Shown here piece after piece: positions 12,021 to 23,789 of a DNA stretch of 64,000 bases; position 1 is the stretch's first letter; each line of letters begins with the position of its first letter. The stretch is from Eledone cirrhosa. Its lineage: Eukaryota. The translations under genes and the position numbers were made by a program. The stretch covers positions 80,166,001 through 80,230,000 of the forward strand of contig OZ024745.1 of the NCBI GenBank assembly GCA_964016885.1, read 5' to 3'. Under the pieces are notes generated by a model that was not told the DNA's origin, did not search any database, and saw only the letters and a list, made by a program, of their open reading frames with translations.

Positions 12021-13920
12021 TTAGCAGAGTCTGGCTCCCATTGCAACCAGGCAGTTCTTCAATAACTGCCCACTGGAACCGGCATCCAAGGACTCCAGGC
12101 ACCTCATTGTCAAGCTTGACATGAGGAATGCCTTTAACTGCATACGCCGGGATCATCTGCTCGATGCCTGCCTCAGCCGAGACCCCTCCACCTACCCGCT
12201 GGCCTACTTGTCATATGGAGCCCTGAGCATGCTCCTTGCTGCTGATACGGTCATACCTTCGGCCACTGGGGCCAACAGGGCGACCCTTTTGGCCTCTCCT
12301 GTTTGCCCTCGGTATAGACCACATTGCCCAGAGTATCACGGCCCCTCTCAACGTTTGGTACCTGGATGATGCTACGCTGGGTGGACCCGTGGAGACTGTC
12401 TGCCATGACCTTCAATCGGTGGTTCCTGCCCTGGCGGGAATCAGCCTCCAGGTCAACTCATCCAAGTCCGAGGTGGTGAATGTCAGCCATGAGGCTGAGA
12501 GTTTTGCAGCCTCCGCCTCGGACGTGTGGTGCATTCTCCACCAGGTACAGGTGACCCCAAAGAGGATGTCCTTATCCTCGGGTCACCGATCCACTCGCCG
12601 GCCATCCGCTCCACCATCAGGTCTAGACTCCAACAACTCCAGACCCTCATGAGGTGATTGGGCTTGATCGACGGCCACCCAGCTCTCTTCCTGTTGAGGA
12701 ACTGCTTCGCCATGCCGAAGCTCCTCTACACCCTTCGTAGCGCTCCATGCTACAGCCACGCATCTCTCCTCGCTGATCTCAATACTTGTATCCAAGCGGC
12801 AGCTGAGGAGATATGCAACGTCAGGTTTGACGACATTGGATGGCAACAGGCCTGTCACATATGGTGGCCTTGGCCTCCAGTCCCCAATCTTGCTGGCTTT
12901 GCCGGCATTTCTTTCATCGGAAACCTCATGCCACATCCTCGTCAGCAGGGTTCTCCAAAACACAACAGAACCCTCTGTGCTCAGGGAACATGAGGTCACC
13001 TGTGAGACGTGGGACAGGCTGGGACTTAGCCCAGTAGACGTCCCTCCTCCTTCTCCCCTTGCTGACACCAAGTCCCCCCAAAGCGTATGGGATGCCATCA
13101 AGTGCAGCCTGGCCTCAGCTTGACCAGCACCGCCTTGCCTGTTTTTGCGTGTCCTCAGTGGTGTCCACAGTGGTGCCTGGCTCTGTGTCTTGCCCTCTAT
13201 CTCCACTGGCATGCAGCTGGATAACGATAGCCTGCACATTGGCGTTTCCTTGAGGCTTAGATTCCGGATCTGCAAGCCACATAAATGTCACTGTGGAACC
13301 ACTGTGGACACTTTCGGCCTCCACCTGCTTTCCTGTCGCCACAGTGCTAGCCACCTTCCACGCCATGCTGCCCTCAACGAGGTCATTAAGCATGGCTTGG
13401 ACACTGCAGGCTTCCCCTCCCAGCTCGAACTGGTGGGGCTGGACCGAGAGGATGGCAAAAGGCCAGACAGTATGACCATCTTCCCGTTCCGCGGTGGCAA
13501 ACCCCTCGTCTGGGATGCCACTTGCAGCAACATGTTCTCCAGCCGTAACCTGGTACAGTCTGTGACTAACCCAGGTACTGCTGCACGTTGGGCTGAGGAT
13601 GCCAAACTCTCCAAGTACCGGTCGCTCTCTGACAGGTTCGCGGTCGTGCCTTTGGCAGTGGAGATTTCTGGTGTCCTTGGCCCTAGGGCTACCTCCCTAT
13701 TCACCACCATAGGCGCTGAGCTGGCCAGCCGCTCGTGTGAGCCTCACGAGTTGGAGTGGCTCTTCCAGCACATCTCCCTTACCATCCTCCGGGGAAATGC
13801 CTTCTCCATCCTGTCTGCCGGAGCTGTGGGGATGCCAGCACGTGGGACTCCATTTGCTCACCATAGAGATTAATAGGCAAAGTTATAAACTATTGTAAAT
13901 AAACCTATTTACGTTTATTA
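12021..13920 (+). mobile_element. Degenerate CRE-clade non-LTR retrotransposon (RT plus RLE)
   Basis: KLDMRNAFN, YLDDATLGG, CHCG..H..C, RH, KRPD..LVWDATC; frameshifted; A-rich end. Confidence 0.85.
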
Positions 13921-13989
13921 AAAACAACAAAAAGAGAAGAAAAAAAATCATATAGTTTTCACTGGAACAATCTCTCTTGTCTCCCTTTT

Positions 13990-14175
13990 GACTGATTGTA
14001 CCTGTGGCACATCGAAAGTGCAACTCCAATAACTGATTGCACCAGTGACACATCTATAGTGGTACCCCAATGACTGGCTGCACCAGTGGCACATCTATAG
14101 TGCCACTCCAATGACAGGCTGCACTATTCACACATCTAGAGTGGGACTCCAATGACTGATTGCACCAGTGGCAGG
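13990..14175. repeat. Degenerate ~39-bp minisatellite
   Basis: TGATTGCACCAGTGGCACATCTATAGTG..CCAATGAC, about 4-5 copies. Confidence 0.75.
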
Positions 14176-15240
14176 AACTTGATTATTGGTTGATTTTGAG
14201 TTCAATGCAAATTAAAAATAAAGGAGTGAAAATAAAAGTAAAGTGAAACAAAAGAAAACAACTGTTCATATTTATTAGTTAAGAGTTTGATAATGATAGC
14301 GAGCCCAGCTTCCCATCTTTATCATGCTCCACTTTCTTTTTCTATTGAAAAAGGAATGTTAACCGTGAAATATATGGTAAAAATAATAAACTGTTGTATT
14401 GTTTCATCTTACTTTACTCATTTTTCACTACTTTATTTCTAACTGGCATTGTACTGACTTTAAAAAACAATTCCAAACCTCTTTTACATTCTTCCTTTTG
14501 TTTTCTCTTTTTATTAAACTCCAGTAATCTTGTTTTGTATGCCAAAATTGTATGTGGCAACAGCTTTGGGGCAAAGAACTGGCACTTTTCTGTGCTGCTT
14601 AGCATCAAAGCACAGTATCTTTGTGGGTGGAGAACTGATGAAGAAAGAGGTGACAATATAAGATTTCACTGTCCCTCTACATTAGACTGACAATGAATGC
14701 ATCTGTTGTTCACCACAATGGATTCCCCTTTACTCGTTTATTTATATTGTGTAATGAACACAATTATAATCAACACAATTATATGTAATAAGTATTTTAT
14801 TTATATTATGGAATGATATTAACTTGTGTTGACAGGTAAGTTGTCTGGCCTAAAGTGAGGAGATGTGTATCCCCAGCCAATGTTTTATTTACAGTACAGC
14901 CTCTGTCCCATCAGGCCAGTGAGAGGAAGACCACCAACATTACCTCAATGGCCAAAAGGACCTCTATAGAAAGATGAAGTGGGTGGACTAGAGCCTGAAA
15001 ACCATGACCAGATGAGGAAAATGATCATACATTAAGTGAGGGCTAGTCTAGACTGATGTTTTATACACAAAAATCAGATAGGATTTAGCCTACTCTTGTC
15101 TCAATAGTGAGTAAATGTCATTGATGAAGGAGAAAAATACAGAAGCAGCTATCTGGCATTCTCAGTGGCTAATGAGATAGAAGTGACATAACCACAATTT
15201 GAAAAATTCATAGCCAGACTTTTATGTTTATTATACATAA

Positions 15241-18200
15241 TCCGGACTGCCCGGCGCTATAAAAGACAGATTCTATGAGACACTGATGCCCACTACCTCC
15301 CAAATAACCGACAGTGACTATATAATTATTGCTGGCGACCTAAATGGCCACATTGGACAACATTGTGACGGCTATGACGGAATCCACGGAGGCTATGGGT
15401 TTGGTACTAGAAACGAGGAAGGCTCCAGAATCCTGGAATTCTGTGATGCAAATAACCTAACTATCTGTAACACTAACTTCAAAAAACGAGACAATCACTT
15501 GATCACCTACAGATCAGGGGAACATACCAGCCAGGTAGATTATATCCTTACCAGAAGACGTGACAGAGTGTCTGTTGTAAACACTAAATCCCTCCCCCAT
15601 GAAGAATGCACCTCCCAACATAGACTGATAATTAGCGACCTCATAGTCAGGACGAGACGTACTAGACAGAAGAAGAGGACTATCCTCAGGAGAAAAATAT
15701 GGAAGCTAAAGGACCCTACAGCCAGAAATAAATTTAAAAGCATATTACTTGATGCTTTCGACAGTAAGGAAGAGCAATTAGAGTCGTACAATATAGAAGA
15801 ACAGTGGGAATTCCTGAAAGCAAACCTGCTGATGGCGGCAGACGAAGTCTGTGGCTGGAGCAGGCCTGTAGGCAGGAGGAGAGTAACATGGTGGTGGAAC
15901 AGTAAGGTGGAGGAGTCAATTAAGGCCAAAAAGCAGGCTTGGAAAGTATGGCAGGATGGGGGAAGTAGAGAAGACTATCAAATTGCCAGGAGGGAAGCTA
16001 GGAAACAAGTGTACTTCGCAAGAAGGGAAGCAGAGGAAAGAAAGTTCAAGCATGTTCTACAATGCGAGGACCAAAAACGTGAGGTGTTCAGGATTGCTAG
16101 GCAATGTGTCAAGGAAAACCGTGATATTGTCGGGGAGAAGTGTGTACTTAATGATGATGGCATACTTGCCATCACTGACGTTGATAAGAAGGTAGCTTGG
16201 AAGTGCCACTATGAAAGGCTACTAAATGAGGAGAATAGATGGGCGAAAGACAGCCTCCCCCACATCGACCCAATAGAGGGACCAGCAGTGTTAGTCGAGG
16301 GTAGTATAATAAGTAAGGCAATCAAAGATATGAAGACGGGTAAGGCGGCTGGGCCTTCGGAAATAGTTGCTTAGATGCTGAAAGCCTCTGGAACGGTAGG
16401 ACACACCATGGTCACACGGATAGTAAACCAAGTCATACAGAATGGGGTTGTTCCGAAGGACTGGCGTAGCAGCATCATCATTAACTGCGACAAGGGTAAA
16501 GGAGACGCCCTAGATAGGAGTAACTATAGAGGCATTAAATTAATCGACCAGGTCATGAAGGTCACGGAAAAAGTAATAGTGCAACTAATCAGAGAGAGAA
16601 TTGATCTAGATGAAATGCAGTTCGGGTTTGTATCAGGCAAAAGTACCACAGACGCTCTTTTCATTGTACGACAACTACAGGAGAAGTACCTAGCTAAAAG
16701 TAAACCCCTATACTTAGCTTTTGTCAACTTGGAGAAAGCCTTCGACAGAGTTCCCCGTTCCATTATCTGGTGGGCTCTTAGAAAACTAGGTGTTGATGAA
16801 TGGCTTGTGAGAGCTATACAAGCCATGTATAAAGAAACTGTCAGCAAGGTTAGAATTAACAACGAATATAGTGAAGAGTTTAGCGTAAAAGTTGGTGTTC
16901 ATCAGGGCTCTGTTCTTAGCCCCTACTATTTATTATTGCCCTTCAGGCTATAACAGTGGAGTTCAAGACTGGCTGCCCATGGGAACTCCTATACGCAGAT
17001 GATCTAACGCTCATAGCTGAATCAATGGCCAAGCTAGAGAAGAAATTCCAAACATGGAAGCACGGCCTAGAATCAAAAGGCCTTAAAATTAACCTGGCTA
17101 AGACTAAAGTTCTAGTTTGTAGGAAAGAAAATAAGGCGCCGGTCCCTTCCGGGAAATGGCCATGCTCAGTGTGTAGGAAAGGCGTAGGTAGAAACTCCAT
17201 TTCATGTCCCAAATGCAAAATATGGGTGCATAAAAGATGTAGTGGGATCACAGGTAAGCTAACTAAGAACACAGATTTTACATGTGGCCGGTGCTCTGGT
17301 GCAATAAGTAGCAGCAAGTGCCCACAAAATACTAGCTCTTTCAATTGCGCAGAGGGTTCTATAGAAATAGTGGACAGCTTCCGTTACCTGGGTGACAAAA
17401 TCAGCAGTGGGGGAGGGTGCTCTGAAAGTACAGTAGCTAGAGTCAGAAATGGATGGAAAAAGTTCAGAGAGCTTATACCACTATTAGCCGCTAAAGGATT
17501 CTCCCTAGAAATGAAAGGTAGGCTGTATGATGCCTGCATACGAACAGCAATGTTGCATGGCAGTGAGACCTGGGCATTGTGTGCAGAGGATATACGCAGA
17601 CTAGAGAGAAACGAAGCTTGCATGCTCCGCTGGATGTGTAATAGTAATATACGCGAACGGCAAAGCATAAACGAACTAAAGGAAAAATTGGAAATAAGAG
17701 GGATCAGATGTTGTTTACTCGAGAGAAGGCTACGTTGGTATGGTCACGTGATGCGCATAAAAGACAACAGCTGTATAAAAAAAGTGCAGGGCAATAAAGA
17801 TAGACGGTAGGCAGACCCAGAAAAACCTGGGACGACCTGATAAATTCTGACCTCACACACTTACACCTCTCCAAGACAATGTCACTGGACCGAGATCTTT
17901 GGTGGTACTCAGTAATAGAGAAGACCCGCCTTACCTAAATACAAAGTAAAACCTACTACAGTCAGTAGGCATCTCTAACAAAATACACCCCCATCCCACC
18001 ACCCCAGTCCCATCCACACCACCCCTTTCAATGTAAAGTTATGTTGGTGCCACAACATCCAGGCCGAAACAAATGAGATCGTGTAGGTGTCACGACAAAA
18101 AAACACACAGTCCACACTGTAATGTGGCCGTGTAGGCAACACGGTAAAAACCTCCCAGCCCCACACTGTAAATGTGGTTGGTGTTAGGAAGAGCATCCAG

Positions 18201-18326
18201 CTGTAGAAAACCCGCCAGACAGTCCTATGCGAGCAAGACAATCACTCTTGCCTCATGTGGGAAAACTCCCGTCCAAACCCATGCAAGCGTGGAACATGGA
18301 CGTTAAACGATGATGATGATGATGAT
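15241..18326 (+). mobile_element. RTE family A, 5'-truncated and disrupted (partial APE endonuclease plus RT)
   Basis: GDLNGH, SQVDYIL and SQHRL motifs; stop at 16372-16374; frameshifts near 16925 and 17780; (GAT)n tail. Confidence 0.95.
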
Positions 18327-18354
18327 ATTGTATATGCTTTTATATACACCCCTA

Positions 18355-18495
18355 TGAGGGTTCAGTTTTATTCTGAGCACTAGACCCACCAGGACTTAGT
18401 TTCATTCTGAGCTCTAGTCCTACCAGAGCTTAGTTTTATTGAGCTCTAATTCCACAACGGCTTAATTTCATTCTAAGTTCTAGTCCCACCAGAGT
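18355..18495. repeat. ~36-bp minisatellite just upstream of IAP exon 2
   Basis: TTAGTTTCATTCTGAGCTCTAGTCCCACCAGAGC-like unit, about 4 copies. Confidence 0.7.
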
Positions 18496-18567
18496 TGTCT
18501 TTCTTGATTCTTAAGAAAAATCCTTCAATTTTAAACTGTTTACTTTTGTTTTTCTATTGGCCTACAG

Positions 18568-18749
18568 GAAAGTCTGATACAGTTATATGTTTTAGCTGTG
18601 ATGGTGGTTTATGTAATTGGGATGATGATGACCAACCATGGCACGAACATGCTCGGTGGTTTCCAAGGTGTACTTTTGTACAACAGATGAAAGATTCCCA
18701 GTACATCGCATCAGCAAGTATGAGAAATGAAACATCTTCATATAACCAA
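18568..18749 (+). CDS. IAP coding exon 2: second half of BIR4
   Basis: cctacAG|GA joins in phase 1 to give GKSDTVICFSCDGGLCNWDDDDQPWHEHARWFPRC; donor GTAAGT at 18750. Confidence 0.95.
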
Positions 18750-20263
18750 GTAAGTAAAAATTGTTAGGAATGTTTTTTACATTACTTTTACAAAAATTCA
18801 TTTTAGCTGTTGTCTCATTTTGTTTTGCTCTTTCTTACCTCATACTATTTTTCTCTCATATTTCAAGGCATTTGTGATAATAGTTTATTTTTTTACATAC
18901 AAGGTCAATTTATCAGTTCACTAATATAATTGCAAGGCAGCAATTCATTAAAGTCTCGGATAAAATGCTTTGCGATATTCATTCTGACCCTCTGCACTCA
19001 CTCTGAGTTCAAATCCTGCCAAGATCAACTTTGCTTTTCATCTTTTTGAGGTCAATAACTACCAACCCAGTACTGAAGTCGATTCTACCTCTATATCACT
19101 TTCTCACTTCCTCTCTATCACTCTCTCTCCTTCTCTGGGGAAGGGATGGGCTCTGTCAAGTTTAAACAAAATGCCCAAAAAATGCCATACGTCATTAAGG
19201 CACTTCTGCAATTCCAACAGGAATTATGGGCCCATACAATACAAGAAAGAACTGGCACTTCTCTATGCTGCTTAACATCATAGCACAGTACCTTTGTGGG
19301 TGGAGAACTGATGAAGAAAGAGGTGACAGAATATGAGGTTTCACTATCCCTCTACATCAGACTGACAATGAATGTGTCTGTTGTTCACTACAATGGATTC
19401 CCCTTTACTCACTCATTCAAAAGACACTTCGGAGGAACCCCGTTTTGGCCACTTGTAATCACAATCATATTCTCTTTAAATTAATATCTTCCAACAAACA
19501 TTTATATAAGAACTGTGTTAACTTACTGTCTTAGTAAATACACAATTAATAATTTTAGTAAATCTCTCAAAATTCTTCATTAATTAATTGAAATACGGTC
19601 CTAAAAAGGTTAATATAGGAAGCCCAAAAGAATGTTTAATCAATTGAGATTACACCTTTAAAGTTAAATTATTAGCATTCATGAGAATTCTTCTTACGTT
19701 GGACTCCAAAATTTAAATTGATTAAAATTTAAATGGGAGTGAATCTAACCTTTAGTAATTATGGTGACAATTCTCGTCACATTTTGATCTCCTTGGCCAA
19801 GCATAGTCTAACATGTAACTTAACTTTCAGGTCTTATAATGGTTTTTGAGAAGATATGTTAGTAAAACCTTAACTATAGATAATATAATTGTTTCTACAT
19901 TTGACACAAGGCCAGCAATTACCCAGTGTATTACTGGTACTTTATTTTATCGACCCCGTAAAGATGAAAGGCAAAGTTAACCTCGGCGGGATTTGAACTC
20001 AGAATGGAAAGGGCCGTAACTCTTTGCATCAAAGCAAGGCGTCCGACCCTCTACCGATACTGCCAATCCACCGCCTTAACTATAGATAATATAGATAATA
20101 TAATTGTTTCTACTTTAGGCACAAGGCCAGCAATTACCCAGTGTATTACTGGTACTTTATTTTATAGATAATATAATGAAAGTCTGTGTCATGTGTATGA
20201 CTATCATTACCACCTTACTAACAAATATATTTGTTGAAATTATAACATCTACTTCTTTTAAAG

Positions 20264-20363
20264 GTTGCAAACAATGGAATTTCAATTTCACATGATTTTG
20301 AATCAACTGAAGAATCAACTACTATTGAAGATGTTACAGCTTTCCCAAATACCCCAGCTTCAA
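20264..20363 (+). CDS. IAP coding exon 3 (Ser/Thr linker)
   Basis: AG/GTAAG bounded, 100 nt, phase 0 to 1; homologous exon at 52242-52362. Confidence 0.85.
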
Positions 20364-22196
20364 GTAAGAAAATACACAAATCTATGTCTGTAAACGTCTT
20401 ATTGGATTTTTTTTTTTCTCAATAAACCACATTCCATATTTAATATACACATTCATATACATATACATATATATATTTAATTAAATGGATACGAAAAAAT
20501 AGAAAAGAAAAAAAGAAATCAAGCAAAGAAAGAAAGGGAGAGGGAGTGACAGACTACAAACCCCTGTCTGAGTAGTATTTTTCAGCTGTGCCCTGCAAAC
20601 AAAATGGTGAAGGCATTTCCACAGAGAATGGACTGTGACACCTGCTGCAAGAGCCACTGTACCTCATGGGGCTCCTTCTTCAGGTCGGCTGCAGTCTTTC
20701 TAATTTTATGGAAGAAGATGGCAGTTTGGGGGCTGAGGTTACCAGTGCAAATAGGAAGCAGTCTGTCAAGCCCCATTATTTGTTTATCTTCCCTATTATT
20801 TTCATATTATTGCAATGTTTAAGAAAATGTTAGTACTCTTCTTAACAATTAACTACAGAATTCTTTTAATATCAAAATGAAGAGTTTGATGTGTATGTAA
20901 GCAATATGAATTTAGATTAAAGATTTTTTTAAATACCATTGGATGGTATTTACAGGAACAGATGAGTCTTTTGTTCTTCTGATAGGTCATAAAGTAATAT
21001 AATTAAGACTGCTAATGATAGCTGGGATTTGACAGTGTAGGATTGAAGGACAGAATAAAGACACTTTCTACAGATTAGAAATTGTAGTAATCAATAAATG
21101 GCCTACGAAAAAAATTAATAAGAACTTCTCTAAAATTCTCTTATAAGTTAATCAGAGAAGGATGGGAAGTATCTCCAATATGTATGCAATTGATGTCATC
21201 ATCATCTCTTAATGTCTATTTTCAATGCTTGCATAGGTTAGATGGGTTGTCACATCATGAGGCTAGACAGGTCAGGTGACCAAGTCTTGCTCATGTTTCT
21301 GGCTTGGTTTCTACAGCTAGATGTCCTTCCTAACGCCAAACACGTTACAGAGTGGACTAGGTGCTTTTTCATCATGTCACCAGCATGACCACCTTACAGG
21401 GTGGACTGGGTGCTTTTTCATTGTGATACCAACCAATATGACCACCTCACTGTGTAGAGTTGAGTACTTTTTCATCATGTCACCAGTATGACTACCTTGC
21501 AGGGTGGACTGGATGTTTGATGCCTGATGGGAAATGTGCACAGGGAATGAAATTCAAGAGGATAAGAGTACTGGGAAGGAAAGATTGCACAAAATATTTA
21601 ATGTAGAATCTAGAAAGTGCTGAAAGGAAAAAAATATGTCTCCAGTAGATTTAGTTCTACAGAAGTCATGTACGTGGAGGAGGAGGAAACTATTTTCTGC
21701 TGTTAAAAAAACATGAACCTCCATTTGCCATCCCTTAAAAATGCTTTATACATCCTTGAGACAACTTGTGATACACCAACCAATCTATGCCATAAAATGT
21801 TGACAACTCGTGATAGCTCATTCAATCCATGCCATAAAATTATCATCATCATTATTTTCTGCTTGCATGGGTTGGATAGGTCTTTTCCAACACAGCATCC
21901 CTCCATTTTTCATGGTTGGGCAACTATTTCCTACTGCCAACACATTTATAGAAAGCATAAACATCACAGCTTCAACTTATGATTTTCCATTTCTGCCTTG
22001 AGCAAGCAACAAAACACTTTTCCAGGGCACCACCCTTGGGAGACTGTTAAAGTTACAGAAACAGATAAAAACTACACAAAGAAACAGCTAAAAACTACAC
22101 AAAGAAACAGATAAAAACTACACGAAATGGTCAAATGCCATTTTTTTTTTTAAATATGATTTTCTAATAAAGTTTTAATTCTGTTTTAAATTTTAG

Positions 22197-22331
22197 ATAC
22201 TCTACCCAAACCCCAAAATTTTAAACATACACCTTCATCTATGGATACACCTCCAGTTCTGGCTGTTTTATCTATGGGTTATAAACCAAATATAGTCAAA
22301 AGAGTAGTGAAAAATAGAATCAAAGAAACAG
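22197..22331 (+). CDS. IAP coding exon 4 (UBA domain, MGY motif)
   Basis: MDTPPVLAVLSMGYKPNIVKRVV; AG/GT bounded, 135 nt, phase 1 to 1. Confidence 0.9.
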
Positions 22332-22661
22332 GTAAATTTACTTATAGTTTTGTTTTTTAATTATTTTCAATATACAAAATGAAGCTATCCAATATTTGTG
22401 TTTAATTTATTATCATAACCATCAATGTTATAATAATAATAATAATAATAATAATGATAATAATTGTTTCTACTTTAGGCACAAGGTCTGCAACTACCCA
22501 GTGCCTTACTGGTACTTTATTTTATCGACCCCGTAAGGATGAAAGGCAAAGTCAACCTCGGCGGGATTTGAACTCAGATCGTAAAGGGACGTAACTATGC
22601 TGGAAAGCATGGCGTCCGACCCTCTACCGATACTACCAATGATAATAATAATAATAATAAT

Positions 22662-23785
22662 AATGAGATGGAATGTTGCTGAACAAAAAGAAATGGATAG
22701 GAAGACTAGGAAGCTATTGACTATCTACAACATGTTCCACAAGAGGAGTGATGTCGATAGACTCTACCTAAGGAGATCTTATCAAAGAGGTCTTATCAGC
22801 ATAGAGGACTGTGTTCAGATGGAGAAAAACAACCTACACAAATACGTGACTGATAGTAAGGAGCCAATGCTCAGAATTGTACTGAAGGAGAGGACAATAG
22901 ACCAGGGGATGTCCAAGGAGGAAATAACAACAAGGAGAAAGAGCAGCCTTCATGAAAAATCCCTTCATAGTACCTTCTTTGAGAAAACTGAATTCAGAGA
23001 TCCACAGACATGGAACTGGTTGAAAAGAGGAGACCTTAAAAAGGCAACAGAAGGAATGCTAATGGCTGCGCAAGAGCAGGCTCTCAAAACGAAGTGGTTG
23101 AAACACCATATTTACAAGGAGGAGGCTAGCCCATCTGTGGGGAGAGAGAGGAGACTGTGGCTCACATTGTATCCGAGTGTAAACACCTAGCCCAGACTCA
23201 CTATAAGGGCTGGAGACATGATGTGATGGGCAGGGTGATCCACTGGCACCTATGCAAAGTAAACAATTTACCACATTCTGAGAAGTGGTATGAGCATAAG
23301 CCAGAGTCGGTGATAGAAAACGATCAGGTGAAGGTGCTGTGGGATTTTAGGATACAGACGGACAAGACACTAGAACACAATAGACCTGACCTGGTAGTTT
23401 TGGACAAGGAAAAAAGATCGTGCCTGATTGTGGATGTGGCCTGCCCATTCGACACGAGAGTGCAAGAGAAGGAGAAGGAGAAAATTAACCGATACCAGGA
23501 CTTAAAGTGGGAGGTAAAAAGGATTTGGAACTGCCATGAAGTCAAAGTGGTCCCGATTGTCATAGGCACACTAGGTACTATCTCAAAAAGTTTCCAGGGA
23601 TGGTTAAAGAAAATTGGCCCCTTCACGCTTTTTGGAACGCTTCAAAAGGCATGCTTGCTGGGAACAGCAAGAACCCTCCGATACGTCCTGAATATCTGAG
23701 GCTGCAGGTAGTGGCTTGATATTCATTTCAACAAACTTCCCAGTTAACTAACATCAATGACTGAGACTCAAAGAACAATAATAAT
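22662..23785 (+). mobile_element. R4/Dong-clade non-LTR retrotransposon 3' fragment in a (TAA)n context
   Basis: HIVSEC..Y..RHD, LWDF.IQTD..NRPDLVV..IVDVACP, VVPIVIGTLG; flanked by (ATA)n. Confidence 0.8.
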
Positions 23786-23789
23786 GAAA

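Noticed and set aside
14630-14660. CTGATGA here and near 19308 as hammerheads
   Set aside because: No stem II plus GAAA or stem I pairing; part of a duplicated ~165-bp repeat.
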